From Macrostomum lignano (lineage: Eukaryota), in NCBI GenBank assembly GCA_002269645.1, contig NIVC01000874.1:186001-250000 (forward strand): DNA of 64,000 nucleotides, in the 5' to 3' direction. Position 1 is the first letter of the stretch. Each line of letters begins with the position of its first letter. Shown piece by piece: positions 49,550 through 62,514 of this stretch. Made by a program: the position numbers and the translations under genes. Below the pieces are notes generated by a model. That model searched no databases. It worked only from the letters and a program-made list of their open reading frames with translations, and was not told the DNA's origin.

Positions 49550-52500
49550 TCACACGTCTTCATCTCTGCAGGTGACCCACACGGGCCGGTCCGACTGCGC
49601 AGAGATGACTCGCTTCACCTGGGAGAAAATCTCGTCGAATGACTGGCCCGACACGGTGGCTGCAATGGGGAGCAAGGAAACTGGGTCAGGGTGGCTGACC
49701 TAGAGACCCTATGTCAGCCTGGATAGGCTGACCCAGACACAGCCAGCTGACCCAAACACAGCTGACTCAGACACAGCCAGCTGACCCAGACACAGCCAAC
49801 TGACCCAGACACAGCTGACCCAGACACAGCCAGCTGACCCAAACACAGCTGACTCAGACACAGCCAGCTGACCCAGACACAGCCAACTGACCCAGACACA
49901 GCTGACCCAGACACAGCCAGCTGACCCAAACACAGCCAGCTGACCCAGACACAGCTGACCCAGACACAGCCAGCTGACCCAAACACAGCTGACCCAGACA
50001 CAGCCAGCTGACCCAGACACAGCTGACCCAGACACAGCCAGCTGACCCAGATACAGCCAGCTGACCCAGACACAGCTGACCCAGACACAGCCAGCTGACC
50101 CAGACACAGCCAGCTGACCCAGACACAGCTGACCCAGACACAGCCAGCTGACCCAGACACAGCTGACCCAGACACAGCCAGCTGACCCAGACACAGCTGA
50201 CCCAGACACAGCCAACTGACCCAGACACAGCTGACCCAGACACAGCCAGCTGACCCAGACACAGCTGACCCAGACACAGCCAGCTGACCCAAACACAGCT
50301 GACCCAGACACAGCCAGCTGACCCAAACACAGCTGACCCAGACACAGCCAGCTGACCCAGATACAGCCAGCTGACCCAGACACAGCTGACCCAGACACAG
50401 CCAGCTGACCCAGACACAGCCAGCTGACCCAGACACAGCTGACCCAGACACAGCCAGCTGACCCAGACACAGCTGACCCAGACACAGCCAGCTGACCCAG
50501 ACACAGCTGACCCAGACACAGCCAACTGACCCAGACACAGCTGACCCAGACACAGCCAGCTGACCCAGACACAGCTGACCCAGACACAGCCAGCTGACCC
50601 AAACACAGCTGACCCAGACACAGCCAGCTGACCCAGACACAGCCAGGTCAGCTTGTCAATCCAGACACAGCTGACCCAGACACAGCCAGCTGACCCAAAC
50701 ACAGCTGACTCAGACACAGCCAGGTCAGCTTGTCAATCCAGACACAGCTGACCCAGACACAGCCAACTGACCCAGACACAGCCAGGTCAGCTTGTCAATC
50801 CAGACACAGCTGACCCAGACACAGCCAACTGACCCAGACACAGCTGACCCAGACACAGCCAGCTGACCCAAACACAGCTGACTCAGACACAGCCAGGTCA
50901 GCTTGTCAATCCAGACACAGCTGACCCAGACACAGCCAACTGACCCAGACACAGCTGACCCAGACACAGCCAGCTGACCCAAACACAGCTGACCCAGACA
51001 CAGCCAGCTGACCCAGACACAGCTGACCCAGACACAGCCAGCTGACCCAGACACAGCTGACCCAGACACAGCCAACTGACCCAGACACAGTTGACCCAGA
51101 CACAGCCAGCTGACCCAGACACAGCTGACCCAGACACAGCCAACTGACCCAGACACAGCTGACCCAGACACAGCCAGCTGACCCAGACACAGCCAGCTGA
51201 CCCAGACACAGCCAGCTGACCCAGACACAGCCATCTGACCCAGACACAGCTGACCCAGACACAGCCAGCTGACCCAGACACAGCCAGCTGACCCAGACAC
51301 AGCTGACCCAGACACAGCCAGCTGACCCAGACACAGCTGACCCAGACACAGCCAGCTGACCCAGACACAGCCAGCTGACCCAGACACAGCTGACCCAGAC
51401 AGAGCTGACCCAGACACAGCCAGCAACTCTCACCAGTAAAATAAGCGGAGAACTCAGCCTCCATGCGAGCTGAGCGGTCCAGCAGTTTCCTGGCCTGCTC
51501 CTCGGTCAGGCCCCGCCTCAGCTGGCACAGATTCTCCATCGAGGCGGCTCGCACGAAGATGGCGATGGGCGGCAGGCCGGCCGCCTCCAGCCGCCTGATG
51601 GCGTTGCCGGACACGTCCAGGATGCAGTGCCGGCCGCTCTGCGCCACCCGCCGCACGCTGCTGACGCTGGTGCCGTACAGGTTGCCGTTGTACTGGCCGG
51701 CCTCGATGAACAGGTGCTCGGCGATGTCACGCTCCATCTGCTCGCGGCTGTCCACGAAGTGGTAGTCCCGGCCGTCCTGCTCGCCCTCCCGCTGCGGCCG
51801 GGTGGTGTGCGGCACGCAGCTGCCGAAGCGGTCGGGGAACTGGCCGATCAGGGCGTCGTTCAGCTGGTCCTTCAGCGGGCCGAGGATGATGACGGGCCGG
51901 GCCAGGCGGATGTCCAGCTGCTGCACGGCCTCGTAGGTGGGGATGGCCACGTGCGAGTCGGACAGGTTGCCGGCGGAGGCCGCGTCCTCGGATGGTGCGG
52001 CCGGCTGCTGCTGCGACTGCTGGGTGTGGACGGACTCGCAGCTGTCCAGGCTGCCCGCGGTGCCGTCCTTGCCGGACTTGAGGTGCAGCTTGCGCAGCAG
52101 GGAGGCCTTCTTCTTCTTCTCTAAGGTGCCGCCACCGCCGCCGCCGCTGCCACCGCTGCTGCGGCTGTTATTGCTGGACAGCTGGCTCTGGTCGATGGAG
52201 CTGGACTGCTGCTGCGACTGGGACTGCTGCTGCTGCTGCTGTTGGTTGTTGAAGTTCACCTGGGTATGGGGAGGGCAAGTAACAAGTGGATTAGGGTCAT
52301 TCGCTCAATTTTAAGGATTAATGGCGGTTTCTCCCAGGAATAAGGGCGATTCTGTGAGGGATTAAGGGCGATTATGTGAGGGATTAAGGGCGATTCTTGT
52401 AGGAAATTAAGGGCTATGCTTGTAGGGGATTAAGGGCGATTCTTGTAGGGGATTAAGGGCGATTCTTGTAAGGGATTAAGGGCGATTATGTGAGGGATTA

Positions 52501-54140
52501 AGGGCGATTCTTGTAGGAAATTAAGGGCTATGCTTGTATGGGATTAAGGGCGATTCTTGTGAGGGATTAAGGGCGATTCTTGTGAGGGATTAAGGGCGAT
52601 TCTTGTAAGGGATTAAGGGCGATTCTTGTAAGGGATTAAGGGCGATCCTTGTAGGGGATTAAGGGCGATTCTTGTAAGGGATTAAGGGTAGCGGAATGGG
52701 CGACGCTCGCCTCCCCGCTGCGTCTTCGGACCGCCCTGCAGCAAAGTCAAAGGGATTAAGGGCGATCCTTATAGGGGATTAAGGGCGATTCTTGTGAGGG
52801 ATTAAAAGCGATTCTTGTAAGGAATTAAGGGCGATTCTTGTAAGGGATTAAGGGCGATTCTTGTAAGGGATTAAGGGTGATTCTTGTAAGGGATTAAGGG
52901 TGATTCTTGTAAGGGATTAAGGGCGATTATGTGAGGGATTAAGGGCGATTCTTGTAGGAAATTAAGGGCTATGCTTGTAGGGGATTAAGGGCGATTCTTG
53001 TGAGGGATTAAGGGCGATTCTTGTAAGGGATTAAGGGCGATTCTTGTAAGGGATTAAGGGCGATCCTTGTAGGGGATTAAGGGCGATTCTTGTAAGGAAT
53101 TAAGGGTGATTCTTGTAAGGGATTAAGGGCGATTCTTGTAAGGGATTAAGGGCGATTCTTGTAGGGGATTAAGGGCGATCCTTGCAAGGGATTAATGGAG
53201 ATCCATGTAGCGGATTAAGGCAAGGTTGGGTCTGTTCGATGAATCGGTGCGGCAGCGACTGGCGGGTCTCAGTTCATTCAGCCAACCGCGGCTCACCTTC
53301 CGCAGTTTGGCCCGCTCGCGCCGCTCCACCCGCCGCTTGGACGGGATGATGCCGAAGGCGGTCGCCTGCTCGGCCGCGGTTGGCGGGTCGCCGCCGCTGG
53401 CAGCGCAGGCCACCAGGCGGGCCTGCCACCACTCGTCGTCGGAGGCGTTGGTGACGTGCAGGATGTCGCCCTGCTGGAAGGCCACGCCGCGGTTCGGCAG
53501 GCCGGTGTCCTTCAGCGGGTCGTAGTCAAACAGCGCCCGCACGTAGAGGCTGCGCTTCTGCGTTGTCCGCAGGGCGCCGCTGCTCCCCGTGAGCATCTGC
53601 TCGCGGAGGTCCTGGACTCGAGCCTCGAACCGGTTGTAGTCCTCGGGCCGGTAGGCCACCAGCAGCTGGGCGCAGTCGCCGGCGCCCTTCAGCGCCTGCG
53701 CGGCCTGCTCGTGCGTGGCGCCGGTCAGGTCGACGCTGTTGACCGCCAGCAGCTGGTCGCCGCGGTGCAGCTGACCGGAGGCGTCGGCGGGGCCGCCAGT
53801 CAGGATGAAGCTGACGAAGATGCCTTCGCCGTTCTCGCCGCCGACGATGTTGAAGCCCAAGCCGGTGGGGCCGCGGCGCAGAGCCACCAGGCGGGGCTCC
53901 CTGAGAGGCAGCAGCGAATTTATGGGGATTTTTTTGCATCCAATGACTACTGGCTTTGTAGCCGATATGTAGCGAAAATAACTTTTAAAAGAAACATTTC
54001 GGGTTTAAATAGAAAGCGCATGCCGTACAATTCAGGCTGGCTGACGAAAGTGGAGCGAAATGGCTGAATAGGCAGATGAAGGCGCAGGCATTGGAACATT
54101 AGGAAAAGCACTAGGACACAGACAGGTCAGTCAGTCAGTC

Positions 54141-54172
<32 letters not shown>

Positions 54173-54584
54173 AGTCAGTCAGTCAGTCAGTCAGTCAGTC
54201 AGTCAGTCAGTCAGTCAGTCAGTCAGTCAGTCAGTCAGTCAGTCAGTCAGTCAGTCAGTCAGTCAGTCAGTCAGTCAGTCAGTCAGTCAGTCAGTCAGTC
54301 AGTCAGTCAGTCAGTCAGTCAGTCAGTCAGTCAGTCAGTCAGTCAGTCAGTCAGTCAGTCAGTCAGTCAGTCAGTCAGTCAGTCAGTCAGTCAGTCAGTC
54401 AGTCAGTCAGTCAGTCAGTCAGTCAGTCAGTCAGTCAGTCAGTCAGTCAGTCAGTCAGTCAGTCAGTCAGTCAGTCAGTCAGTCAGTCAGTCAGTCAGTC
54501 AGTCAGTCAGTCAGTCAGTCAGTCAGTCAGTCAGTCAGTCAGTCAGTCAGTCAGTCAGTCAGTCAGTCAGTCAGTCAGACACTA

Positions 54585-54649
<65 letters not shown>

Positions 54650-54669
54650 CCGACAGAAAGACAGACAGG

Positions 54670-54707
<38 letters not shown>

Positions 54708-54753
54708 GGCAGACAGGCAGGCAGACAGACAGACAGACAGACAGACAGACAGG

Positions 54754-54784
<31 letters not shown>

Positions 54785-55310
54785 GCAGGCAGACAGACAG
54801 ACAGGCAGGCAGACAGACAGACAGACAGGCAGGCAGACAGACAGACAGACAGGCAGACAGACAGGCAGGCAGACAGACAGACAGGCAGGCAGACAGACAG
54901 ACAGACAGACAGACAGGCAGACAGACAGGCAGGCAGACAGACAGACAGGCAGGCAGACAGACAGACAGACAGGCAGGCAGACAGACAGACAGGCAGACAG
55001 ACAGACAGACAGACAGACAGACAGGCAGGCAGACAGACAGACAGGCAGGCAGACAGACAGACAGACAGACAGGCAGGCAGACAGACAGACAGACAGGCAG
55101 ACAGACAGACAGACAGGCAGACAGACAGGCAGGCAGACAGACAGACAGACAGACAGGCAGGCAGACAGACAGACAGACAGGCAGACAGACAGGCAGACAG
55201 ACAGACAGGCAGGCAGACAGACAGACAGACAGACAGACAGGCAGACAGACAGACAGACAGACAGACAGACAGGCAGGCAGGCAGACAGACAGACAGGCAG
55301 GCAGGCAGGC

Positions 55311-55343
<33 letters not shown>

Positions 55344-55566
55344 CTAAGACAGACAGACAGACAGACAGGCAGACAGACAGACAGACAGACAGGCAGGCAG
55401 GCAGACAGACAGACAGGCAGGCAGGCAGACAGACAGACAGACAGACAGGCAGACAGACAGACAGGCAGGCAGACAGACAGACAGACAGACAGACAGGCAG
55501 ACAGACAGACAGACAGACAGACAGACAGGCAGGCAGGCAGACAGACAGACAGGCAGGCAGGCAGGC

Positions 55567-55603
<37 letters not shown>

Positions 55604-57854
55604 CTAAGACAGACAGACAGACAGACAGAAAACCAAGCATGCCGCACGGCCCTGATCAGCTTCCTGTCAGCAAGTCGCAGGCAGCAGAGTGAAATGGCAA
55701 ATGCAGAACAATATCAAACACAGCACAGAAGTCACACCCAGCTAGCCCAGAGCAGAGCAAAGCTGGGCGGCCACCGAGAGTCCCCGGAGTGAACTTGTAA
55801 AACAGAAGACCTGCAACTCATTGAATAAATCAGCAGCAGAGTGGGGCGCAGAGAAAAGTGCAGCAGGCTGCCCAGCTGAGGCAGAGATAAAAAGCTGCAA
55901 TCGAACTTTGACAGAAATTCTAATTTGAAATCTACAAGAGAGATAGCGCAGTGCAGGTCACAAACACGCTGCAGCGGTTCACCCGATTGGAAAGTTCATA
56001 AGCTACAATTTTGTACTCCTTATTGGTCTCTTATAGTACTGTGTGACACCCACCAAAATATAAGTTAGTGTACGAGTGATCAACCTTAGCCCGTGGCAGC
56101 TGCGGCAGTTTGATAGGGTCAGCAGAGGTCAAGAAGGTTTGGGAGAGGTCAGGAAGCTACCCAGTCACAGCCTGAGATAGGTCAGGAAGCTACCCAGTCA
56201 CAGCCTGAGGGAGGTCAGGAAGCCACCCAGTCACAGCCTGAGGGAGGTCAGGAAGCTACCCAGTCACAGCCTGGGGGGTCAGGAAGCTACCCAGTCACAG
56301 CCTGAGGGAGGTCAGGAAGCTACCCAGTCACAGCCTGAGGGAGGTCAGGAAGCTACCCAGTCACAGCCTGGGGGACGTCAGGAAGCTACCCATTCACAGC
56401 CTGGGGGACGTCAGGAAGCTACCCAGTCATAGCCTGGGGGAGGTCAGGAAGCTACCCAGTCACAGCCTGAGGGAGGTCAGGAAGCTACCCAGTCACAGCC
56501 TGGGGGACGTCAGGAAGCTACCCAGTCACAGCCTGGGGGAGGTCAGGAAGCTACCCAGTCACAGCCTGGGGGAGGTCAGGAAGCTACCCAGTCACAGCCT
56601 GGGGGAGGTCAGGAAGCTACCCAGTCACAGCCTGGGGGAGGTCAGGAAGCTACCCAGTCACAGCCTGGGGGAGGTCAGGAAGCTACCCAGTCACAGCCTG
56701 GGGGAGGTCAGGAAGCTACCCAGTCACAGCCGGGGGGGAGGTCAGGAAGCTACCCAGTCACAGCCTGGGGGAGGTCAGGAAGCTACCCAGTCACAGCCTG
56801 GGGGACGTCAGGAAGCTACCCAGTCACAGCTTGGGGGATGTCAGGAAGCTACCCAGTCATAGCCTGGGGGATGTCAGGAAGCTACCCAGTCACAGCCTGG
56901 GGGAGGTCAGGAAGCTACCCAGTCACAGCCTGGGGGAGGTCAGGAAGCTACCCAGTCACAGCCTGGGGGAGGTCAGGAAGCTACCCAGTCACAGCCTGGG
57001 GGAGGTCAGGAAGCTACCCAGTCACAGCCTGGGGGAGGTCAGGAAGCTACCCAGTCACAGCCTGGGGGAGGTCAGGAAGCTACCCAGTCACAGCCTGGGG
57101 AGGTCAGGAAGCTACCCAGTCACAGCCTGGGGGAGGTCAGGAAGCTACCCAGTCACAGCCTGGGGGAGGTCAGGAAGCTACCCAGTCACAGCCTGGGGGA
57201 GGTCAGGAAGCTACCCAGTCACAGCCTGGGGGAGGTCAGGAAGCTACCCAGTCACAGCCTGGGGGAGGTCAGGAAGCTACCCAGTCACAGCCTGGGGGAG
57301 GTCAGGAAGCTACCCAGTCACAGCCTGGGGGAGGTCAGGAAGCTACCCAGTCACAGCTTGGGGGATGTCAGGAAGCTACCCAGTCACAGCCTGGGGGAGG
57401 TCAGGAAGCTACCCAGTCACAGCCTGGGGGAGGTCAGGAAGCTACCCAGTCACAGCCTGGGGGAGGTTAGGAAGCTACCCAGTCACAGCTTGGGGGATGT
57501 CAGGAAGCTACCCAGTCACAGCCTGGGGGAGGTCAGTAAGCTACCTAGGAAGGTTGGCAGGCACAATGAGCACATCTGGAGGCGGCGGTCGCAGCGAGGT
57601 GTCAGACCGGCTGTACGGCAAGGCCCTGCAGCTCTCAACTGACCGTCGTGGCGCTGGCCGAGGCCGAGCAGCTGGTGCAGGGGGAGCTGCGGGGGCGGAG
57701 GCAACTCCGGCAGCGGGCGGCCCAGGCGGCACGGGCGGAGGCGGCGGACGAGGCCGTCGAGCAACTGGAGGCGGGAACGACGTCGACGGAGGAATGGCGG
57801 CGGCGGGCGCCGCGGTTGCGGCATCCATGACGTCTGCTGCAGGCTGCGCCACCG
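49550..57854 (-). CDS. DLG1: Discs large (MAGUK): PDZ3-SH3-Hook-guanylate-kinase-like region
   Basis: Exons 57854-57545 (Pro/Ala linker, ..PANLPR), 53900-53297 ([24 protein letters not shown]3; [12 protein letters not shown]3), 52259-51434 (Hook + GK: [33 protein letters not shown]), 49659-49550 (..[16 protein letters not shown].., TGA). Phases are compatible. Confidence 0.95.
49710..51425 (+). repeat. Intronic minisatellite of interspersed 15- and 19-bp units (GACCCAGACACAG[CCAG]CT)
   Basis: Fills the last DLG1 intron; source of the [16 protein letters not shown] ORFs. Confidence 0.98.
52320..53195 (+). repeat. Intronic minisatellite, 23-bp unit GGGATTAAGGGCGATTCTTGTAA
   Basis: Fills the DLG1 intron between the SH3 and GK exons; interrupted by a unique GC-rich island at ~52688-52750. 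Confidence 0.97.
54126..55628 (+). repeat. Compound microsatellite: near-perfect (GTCA)n ~113 units, then (GACA/GGCA)n
   Basis: Tetranucleotide arrays at 54126-54578 and 54579-55628. Confidence 0.99.
56135..57540 (+). repeat. Intronic minisatellite, 33-bp unit GGGGAGGTCAGGAAGCTACCCAGTCACAGCCTG
   Basis: About 42 units abutting the DLG1 donor at 57544. Confidence 0.98.
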
Positions 57855-58519
57855 CTGCCAGTTCAACAGCGGCAGCAGATGGCGGAACAGACGAAGGGGG
57901 AAGGTTAGAAGGGAGAACTTAAATCTACGGCTGTGGGGGGAGGCGGGGGGACTCGCTCGAAGAGTTCGCTGGCGCAGCTAATAACTAGAACTGGCCCACC
58001 GCTACCGCAGACAGGGCTGGGCAAGCGCACAGATATTAAAATGCGCCTCAGTGAGTCAGCGGCTTTGACTGGAGAGAAATGCAAAATAAGAAGGCGGAGG
58101 CGGCTACACTTGGGCAGAGGGAGGCGGCAGTGCCCGGCGACATTCACAGTACAGAGGGGCAGGGAGAGGCGGTGACGGAAAGAAGATTCACAGTGCGCGG
58201 GTTTGGGGGCAGAGCAGCGCGGGCTACGGAGGGGGTTGGCGTCAGGAGAGAAGGGCAGCAAGACAGCGAATGAATGGCCTGCGCACACAGCAGCAGCAGC
58301 AGAGCCCTGCCTGCCTGCCCTCAGCTGTGAGCTGGGCGACAAGAGTGAGCAGAGATCAAAGGGATACTTTAAGGAGTGACTATTTTGCCTAATTTTTTAT
58401 TAACTCATAGTAGAAATTTTAAAACCGGAAGTAAAATTTAATTAGACGGATTAGTGTGAATAGATATATATGCGTGAGACAGAGACGTGAGATGGTAAAG
58501 GGACACGAAATTGTCAGAA

Positions 58520-58810
58520 AGACATGAGGTGAGAGAGAGACATGAGAGGGTGAGAAAGAGACATGAGAGGGTGAGAGAGAAATGAGTGGGTAAGAAAGAG
58601 ACATGAGAGGGTGAGAGAGAGACATGAGAGGGTGAGAAAGAGACATGAGAGGGTGAGAGAGAGACATGAGAGGGTGAGAAAGAGACATGAGAGGGTGAGA
58701 GAGAGACATGAGAGGGTGAGAGACATGAGTATGAGAAAGAGACATGAGACGTTGAGAAAGTGACATGAGAGGGTGGGAGAGACATGAGTGGGTGAGGGAC
58801 ATGGATGAGA
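58520..58810 (+). repeat. 21-bp minisatellite GAGACATGAGAGGGTGAGA(G/A)A
   Basis: Tandem array. Confidence 0.93.
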
Positions 58811-58948
58811 GGAAGAGAGTAAGAAGACAGCATCAGAGGGTGAGCCGAAGGAAAGCCAGCCAATTTGAAAGACAGCGGGAGCAGCAAAAATGCACAAAAA
58901 TGCAAGATAAAATACACGGCAACAGCAATAGAAGAGCAACCAACCAAC

Positions 58949-61900
58949 CTTGGAAAATCCTCCGCAATCACTTCGACGAAGTTGCAGTCGATGGTGTCGT
59001 CAAAATAGCCTTGAATTGCGCGAAAATGGAGGATGGGGAGGCGGTGGCGACAGAAGTCAGTCAGGCGCCGCACACTGGCCGCATGCAGCAAAGCGCTAAG
59101 TTCAACACCGGTGCAGATTAATAATCCATAACTGTGCCAGGCAGATACCAAATAATAACAATAAGCCCGCAGCCAAAATAGAAACACACAAAACTCCATC
59201 TGTTCCAAATAGAAATGCTACACTTAGATCTTAGGTAATTGGTTTCTTATCTACATTAGAATTTCAACCGTCCTACTTACAGTAGACTACTTGCGACATG
59301 GCTATAAATAGAAAATTCTAAAAATGAAAATGAAAATAAAATAATCACCCCCAACGATTGAAGACAGGCATTGTAGGAAGCAGAAAAGCACACCGGACGG
59401 CCGGCTTAGTGCAATGCGGTTGCTTGCAGTTTATTTCGCAATTAAATTGCCAAAACAAAGACTTAAAAAAGTTTAGGAATAGAAAAAAAACTATTTTTCC
59501 TAACTAACTAAAGGATTGTGCAAAAGCGTCCTCGTGATTTGAATAAGAGTATAAAACTGTATAAAAGCAATAAACAGTTAGAAATGCCCGGTAAATATAG
59601 GAAATAATTCTTAATTCGCGTCAGCTGTGCAAAAACAATGTGAAGTTTATATGGAGGTTCTAAAACTCGGCACCTTCAGAAACTGTCTATCTTCAAGAGC
59701 GTAGGAGCTTGACCTTCAAGAACATCATGACCTTCAAGGACATCATGACCTTCAAGGACATCATGACCTTCATGGGACATCATGACCTTCAAGGACATCA
59801 TGACCTTCAAGGACATCATGACCTTCATGGGACATCATGACCTTCAAGGACATCATGACCTTCATGGGACATCATGACCTTCAAGGACATCATGACCTTC
59901 AAGGACATCATGACCTTCATGGGACATCATGACCTTCAAGGACATCATGACCTTCAAGGACATCATGACCTTCAAGGACATCATGACCTTCATGGGACAT
60001 CATAACCTTCAAGGACATCATGACCTTCAAGGACATCATGACCTTCAAGGACATCATGACCTTCAAGGACATCATGACCTTCAAGGACATCATGACCTTC
60101 ATGGGACATCATGACCTTCAAGAAAATCATGACCTGGATCTCGTGACCTTCCTGACCTCAGGATACTCATGGCCTCAAGATTCAACACGGCTCCGATAAG
60201 CAAAGTGGAGAAGGCAGCTGAGACGCCTGATGGAGCTCCGGAGCCCAGACTGGCACTGCCGACTCGGTGGCAGCGATTTCACCTGAACAACTGGACTGCG
60301 CTTGCCGAGTCCCTGGCACTCGGTGACAAGGATCTTTGGCGAGTCAAAGTGGCACCACGACTGGCGCTGGCTGCGGGCCGCTGCGGGTTGGCGAGGTGGG
60401 ATTGGCCCAGTGAAAGTGTGGGATTGGCTCAGTGAAGGTGTGGGATTGGCCCAGTGAAGGTGTGGGATTGACCCAGTGAAGGTGTGGGATTGGCTCAGTG
60501 AAGGTGTGGGATTGGCCCAGTGAAGGTGTGGGATTGGCCCAGTGAAGGTGTGGGATTGGCTCAGTGAAGGGTGTGGGATTGGCTCAGTGAACGTGTGGGA
60601 TTGGCTCAAGAAGGTGTGAGATTGGCTCAAGAAGGTGTGAGATTGGCTCAGTGAAGGTGTGGGATTGGCTCAAGGTGTGAGATTGGCTCAAGAAGGTGTG
60701 AGATTGGCTCAAGAAGGTGTGAGATTGGCTCAAGAAGGTGTGGGATTGGCTCAAGGTGTGGGATTGGCTCAAGAAGGTGTGAGATTGGCTCAGTGAAGGT
60801 GTGGGATTGGCTCAAGGTGTGGGATTGGCTCAAGAAGGTGTGAGATTGGCTCAAGAAGGTGTGGGATTGGCTCAGTGAAGGGTGTGGGATTGGCTCAAGG
60901 TGTGGGATTGGCTCAGTGAAGGTGTGGGATTGGCTCAGTGAAGGGTGTGGGATTGGCTCAAGGTGTGGGATTGGCTCAGTGAAGGGTGTGGGATTGGCTC
61001 AAGAAGGTGTGGGATTGGCTCAGTGAAGGGTGTGGGATTGGCTCAGTGAAGGTGTGGGATTGGCTCAGTGAAGGGTGTGGGATTGGCTCAGTGAAGGTGT
61101 GGGATTGGCTCAGTGAAGGGTGTGGGATTGGCTCAAGAAGGTGTGAGATTGGCTCAAGAAGGTGTGGGATTGGCTCAGTGAAGGGTGTGGGATTGGCTCA
61201 GTGAAGGGTGTGGGATTGGCTCAAGAAGGTGTGGGATTGGCTCAGTGAAGGGTGTGGGATTGGCTCAGTGAAGGGTGTGGGATTGGCTCAAGGTGTGGGA
61301 TTGGCTCAGTGAAGGGTGTGGGATTGGCTCAAGAAGGTGTGAGATTGGCTCAAGGTGTGGGATTGGCTCAAGAAGGTGTGAGATTGGCTCAAGAAGGTGT
61401 GGGATTGGCTCAGTGAAGGGTGTGGGATTGGCTCAAGAAGGTGTGAGATTGGCTCAAGAAGGTGTGGGATTGGCTCAAGAAGGTGTGGGATTGGCTCAGT
61501 GAAGGGTGTGGGATTGGCTCAGTGAAGGGTGTGGGATTGGCTCAAGGTGTGGGATTGGCTCAGTGAAGGGTGTGGGATTGGCTCAAGAAGGTGTGAGATT
61601 GGCTCAAGGTGTGGGATTGGCTCAAGAAGGTGTGAGATTGGCTCAAGAAGGTGTGGGATTGGCTCAGTGAAGGGTGTGGGATTGGCTCAGTGAAGGTGTG
61701 GGATTGGCTCAGTGAAGGTGTGGGATTGGCTCAGTGAAGGGTGTGGGATTGGCTCAAGGTGTGGGATTGGCTCAGTGAAGGGTGTGGGATTGGCTCAAGG
61801 TGTGGGATTGGCTCAGTGAAGGGTGTGGGATTGGCTCAAGAAGGTGTGAGATTGGCTCAAGGTGTGGGATTGGCTCAAGAAGGTGTGAGATTGGCTCAAG

Positions 61901-62340
61901 AAGGTGTGGGATTGGCTCAGTGAAGGGTGTGGGATTGGCTCAGTGAAGGTGTGGGATTGGCTCAGTGAAGGTGTGGGATTGGCTCAGTGAAGGGTGTGGG
62001 ATTGGCTCAAGAAGGTGTGAGATTGGCTCAAGAAGGTGTGGGATTGGCTCAGTGAAGGGTGTGGGATTGGCTCAAGGTGTGGGATTGGCTCACTGAAGGG
62101 TGTGGTATTAACTCACTGAAGGGTGTGGTATTGGCTCAGTGAAGGTGTGGGATGGCTCAACTCTGCGAAATGGCGTGTGTGGAGACTTAGAACAAGTGTG
62201 GGACGGTTAGAAAAGGTGTGGGAAGGCTCAACAATACCGTGACTCACCAGCGTAGATGAAGCTGTCCGCAGGTACCAGATGTTCGCCTTTAGGTTTCTTT
62301 CTTGGTAGTAAAAGCAGAGACACGCGTTTTCTGAGACAGC
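58949..62340 (-). CDS. DLG1: Candidate upstream DLG1 exons (62340-62248, 60380-60283, 59095-58949)
   Basis: Open GC-richer islands between minisatellites, bounded by AG/GT with chained phases 0-0-2-2. The last ends ..AEDFPR and would join EPR.. of PDZ3, resembling PSD-95 EEDIPREPR. No recognisable domain. Confidence 0.4.
59708..60135 (+). repeat. 18-bp minisatellite CATCATGACCTTCA(A/T)GGA
   Basis: Tandem array. Confidence 0.97.
60400..62150 (+). repeat. Minisatellite of 19-23-bp variants GTGTG(G/A)GATTGGCTCA(GTG/AG)AAG
   Basis: Tandem array with interspersed unit variants. Confidence 0.98.
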
Positions 62341-62514
62341 CTGAAAGCAAAACGAGTTGCAGCCTGAAGACTTTCGGTTCTTATGGGGCCAGAGCGAGAG
62401 AAAAGGTATTAAAATAATAAAAGCTGACAACATAAAAGTAGACAAACAGATAAACAAAGGGGAACTTTTATAAACACTTGCATGTCAATCTTTAATTAGA
62501 GGGCAAAGACGAAG

